A stretch of DNA of 63,825 bases, counting the filler, from Octopus bimaculoides (taxonomy: Eukaryota), in assembly GCF_001194135.2 (NCBI RefSeq). It is 4 parts of 4 records of this genome, joined end to end, with 100 filler letters (N's around TTAATTAATTAA, not from the genome) between each part and the next. Parts side by side here need not be neighbours in the genome. Positions count along the whole stretch, not along the records: positions 56,548 to 63,825 come from NW_026306231.1; 3 more parts are not named here. One strand, given 5' to 3'. Made by a program: the position numbers and the translations under genes. Below are positions 63,510-63,825 of the stretch, piece after piece. Under the pieces are notes generated by a model that saw only the letters and a program-made list of their open reading frames with translations, searched no databases and was not told the DNA's origin. The first letter of the stretch is position 1, and the number at the start of each line of letters is the position of its first letter.

Positions 63510-63825
63510 CTAACCACATGGTTCCGGGTTCAGTCCCACTACGTGGCACTTTGGGCAAGTGTCTTCTACTATAGCCTCGAGCCGACCAAAAGCCTTGTGA
63601 GTGGATTTGGTAGACGGAAACTGAAAGAAGCCCGTCGTATATATGTATTTGTGTGTCTGTATTTGTCCCCCCAACTTCGCTTGACAACCATTGCTGGTGT
63701 TTTTACGTCCCCGTAACTTAGCAGTTCGGCAAAAAGAGACCGATAGAATAAGTACTAGGCTTACAAAGAATAAGTCCTGGGGTCGATTTGCTCGACTAAA
63801 GGCGGTGCCCCAGCATGGCCGCAGT
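63510..63825 (+). mobile_element. SINE family A running off the window end
   Basis: aaccacatggttccgggttcagtcccact...gaataagtcctggggtcgatttgctcgactaaaggcggtg. Confidence 0.85.

Overview
A repeat-saturated eukaryotic genomic window, inferred to be Octopus from its tRNA-derived SINE families, very dense microsatellites and RTE/Penelope/RLE retroelement remnants. I cannot support any intact host gene. Almost every ORF in the supplied track is a microsatellite or N-gap artefact. Content: (i) several tRNA-derived SINE families, some with clear target-site duplications and some with swapped 5'/3' modules; (ii) decayed non-LTR retrotransposons (R4/Dong-like RLE type, Tx1/L1, RTE, CR1/L2-group, Penelope-like GIY-YIG); (iii) DNA-transposon derivatives (a mariner built from two inverted 5' ends, a Tc1/mariner MITE dimer, a TTAA piggyBac-like MITE, a hAT-end trimer); (iv) many assembly gaps, three of them containing an artificial TTAATTAATTAA linker. 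The strongest hidden signal is about ten minimal hammerhead-ribozyme motifs (CTGANGA-A-stem II-GAA-ACGT-H with a closing stem I) in at least three short Penelope-associated families. Three copies have a canonical core, and one four-copy family carries T at the normally invariant A6. An orphan C2H2 zinc finger missed by the ORF track lies at 35618-35686 (-).
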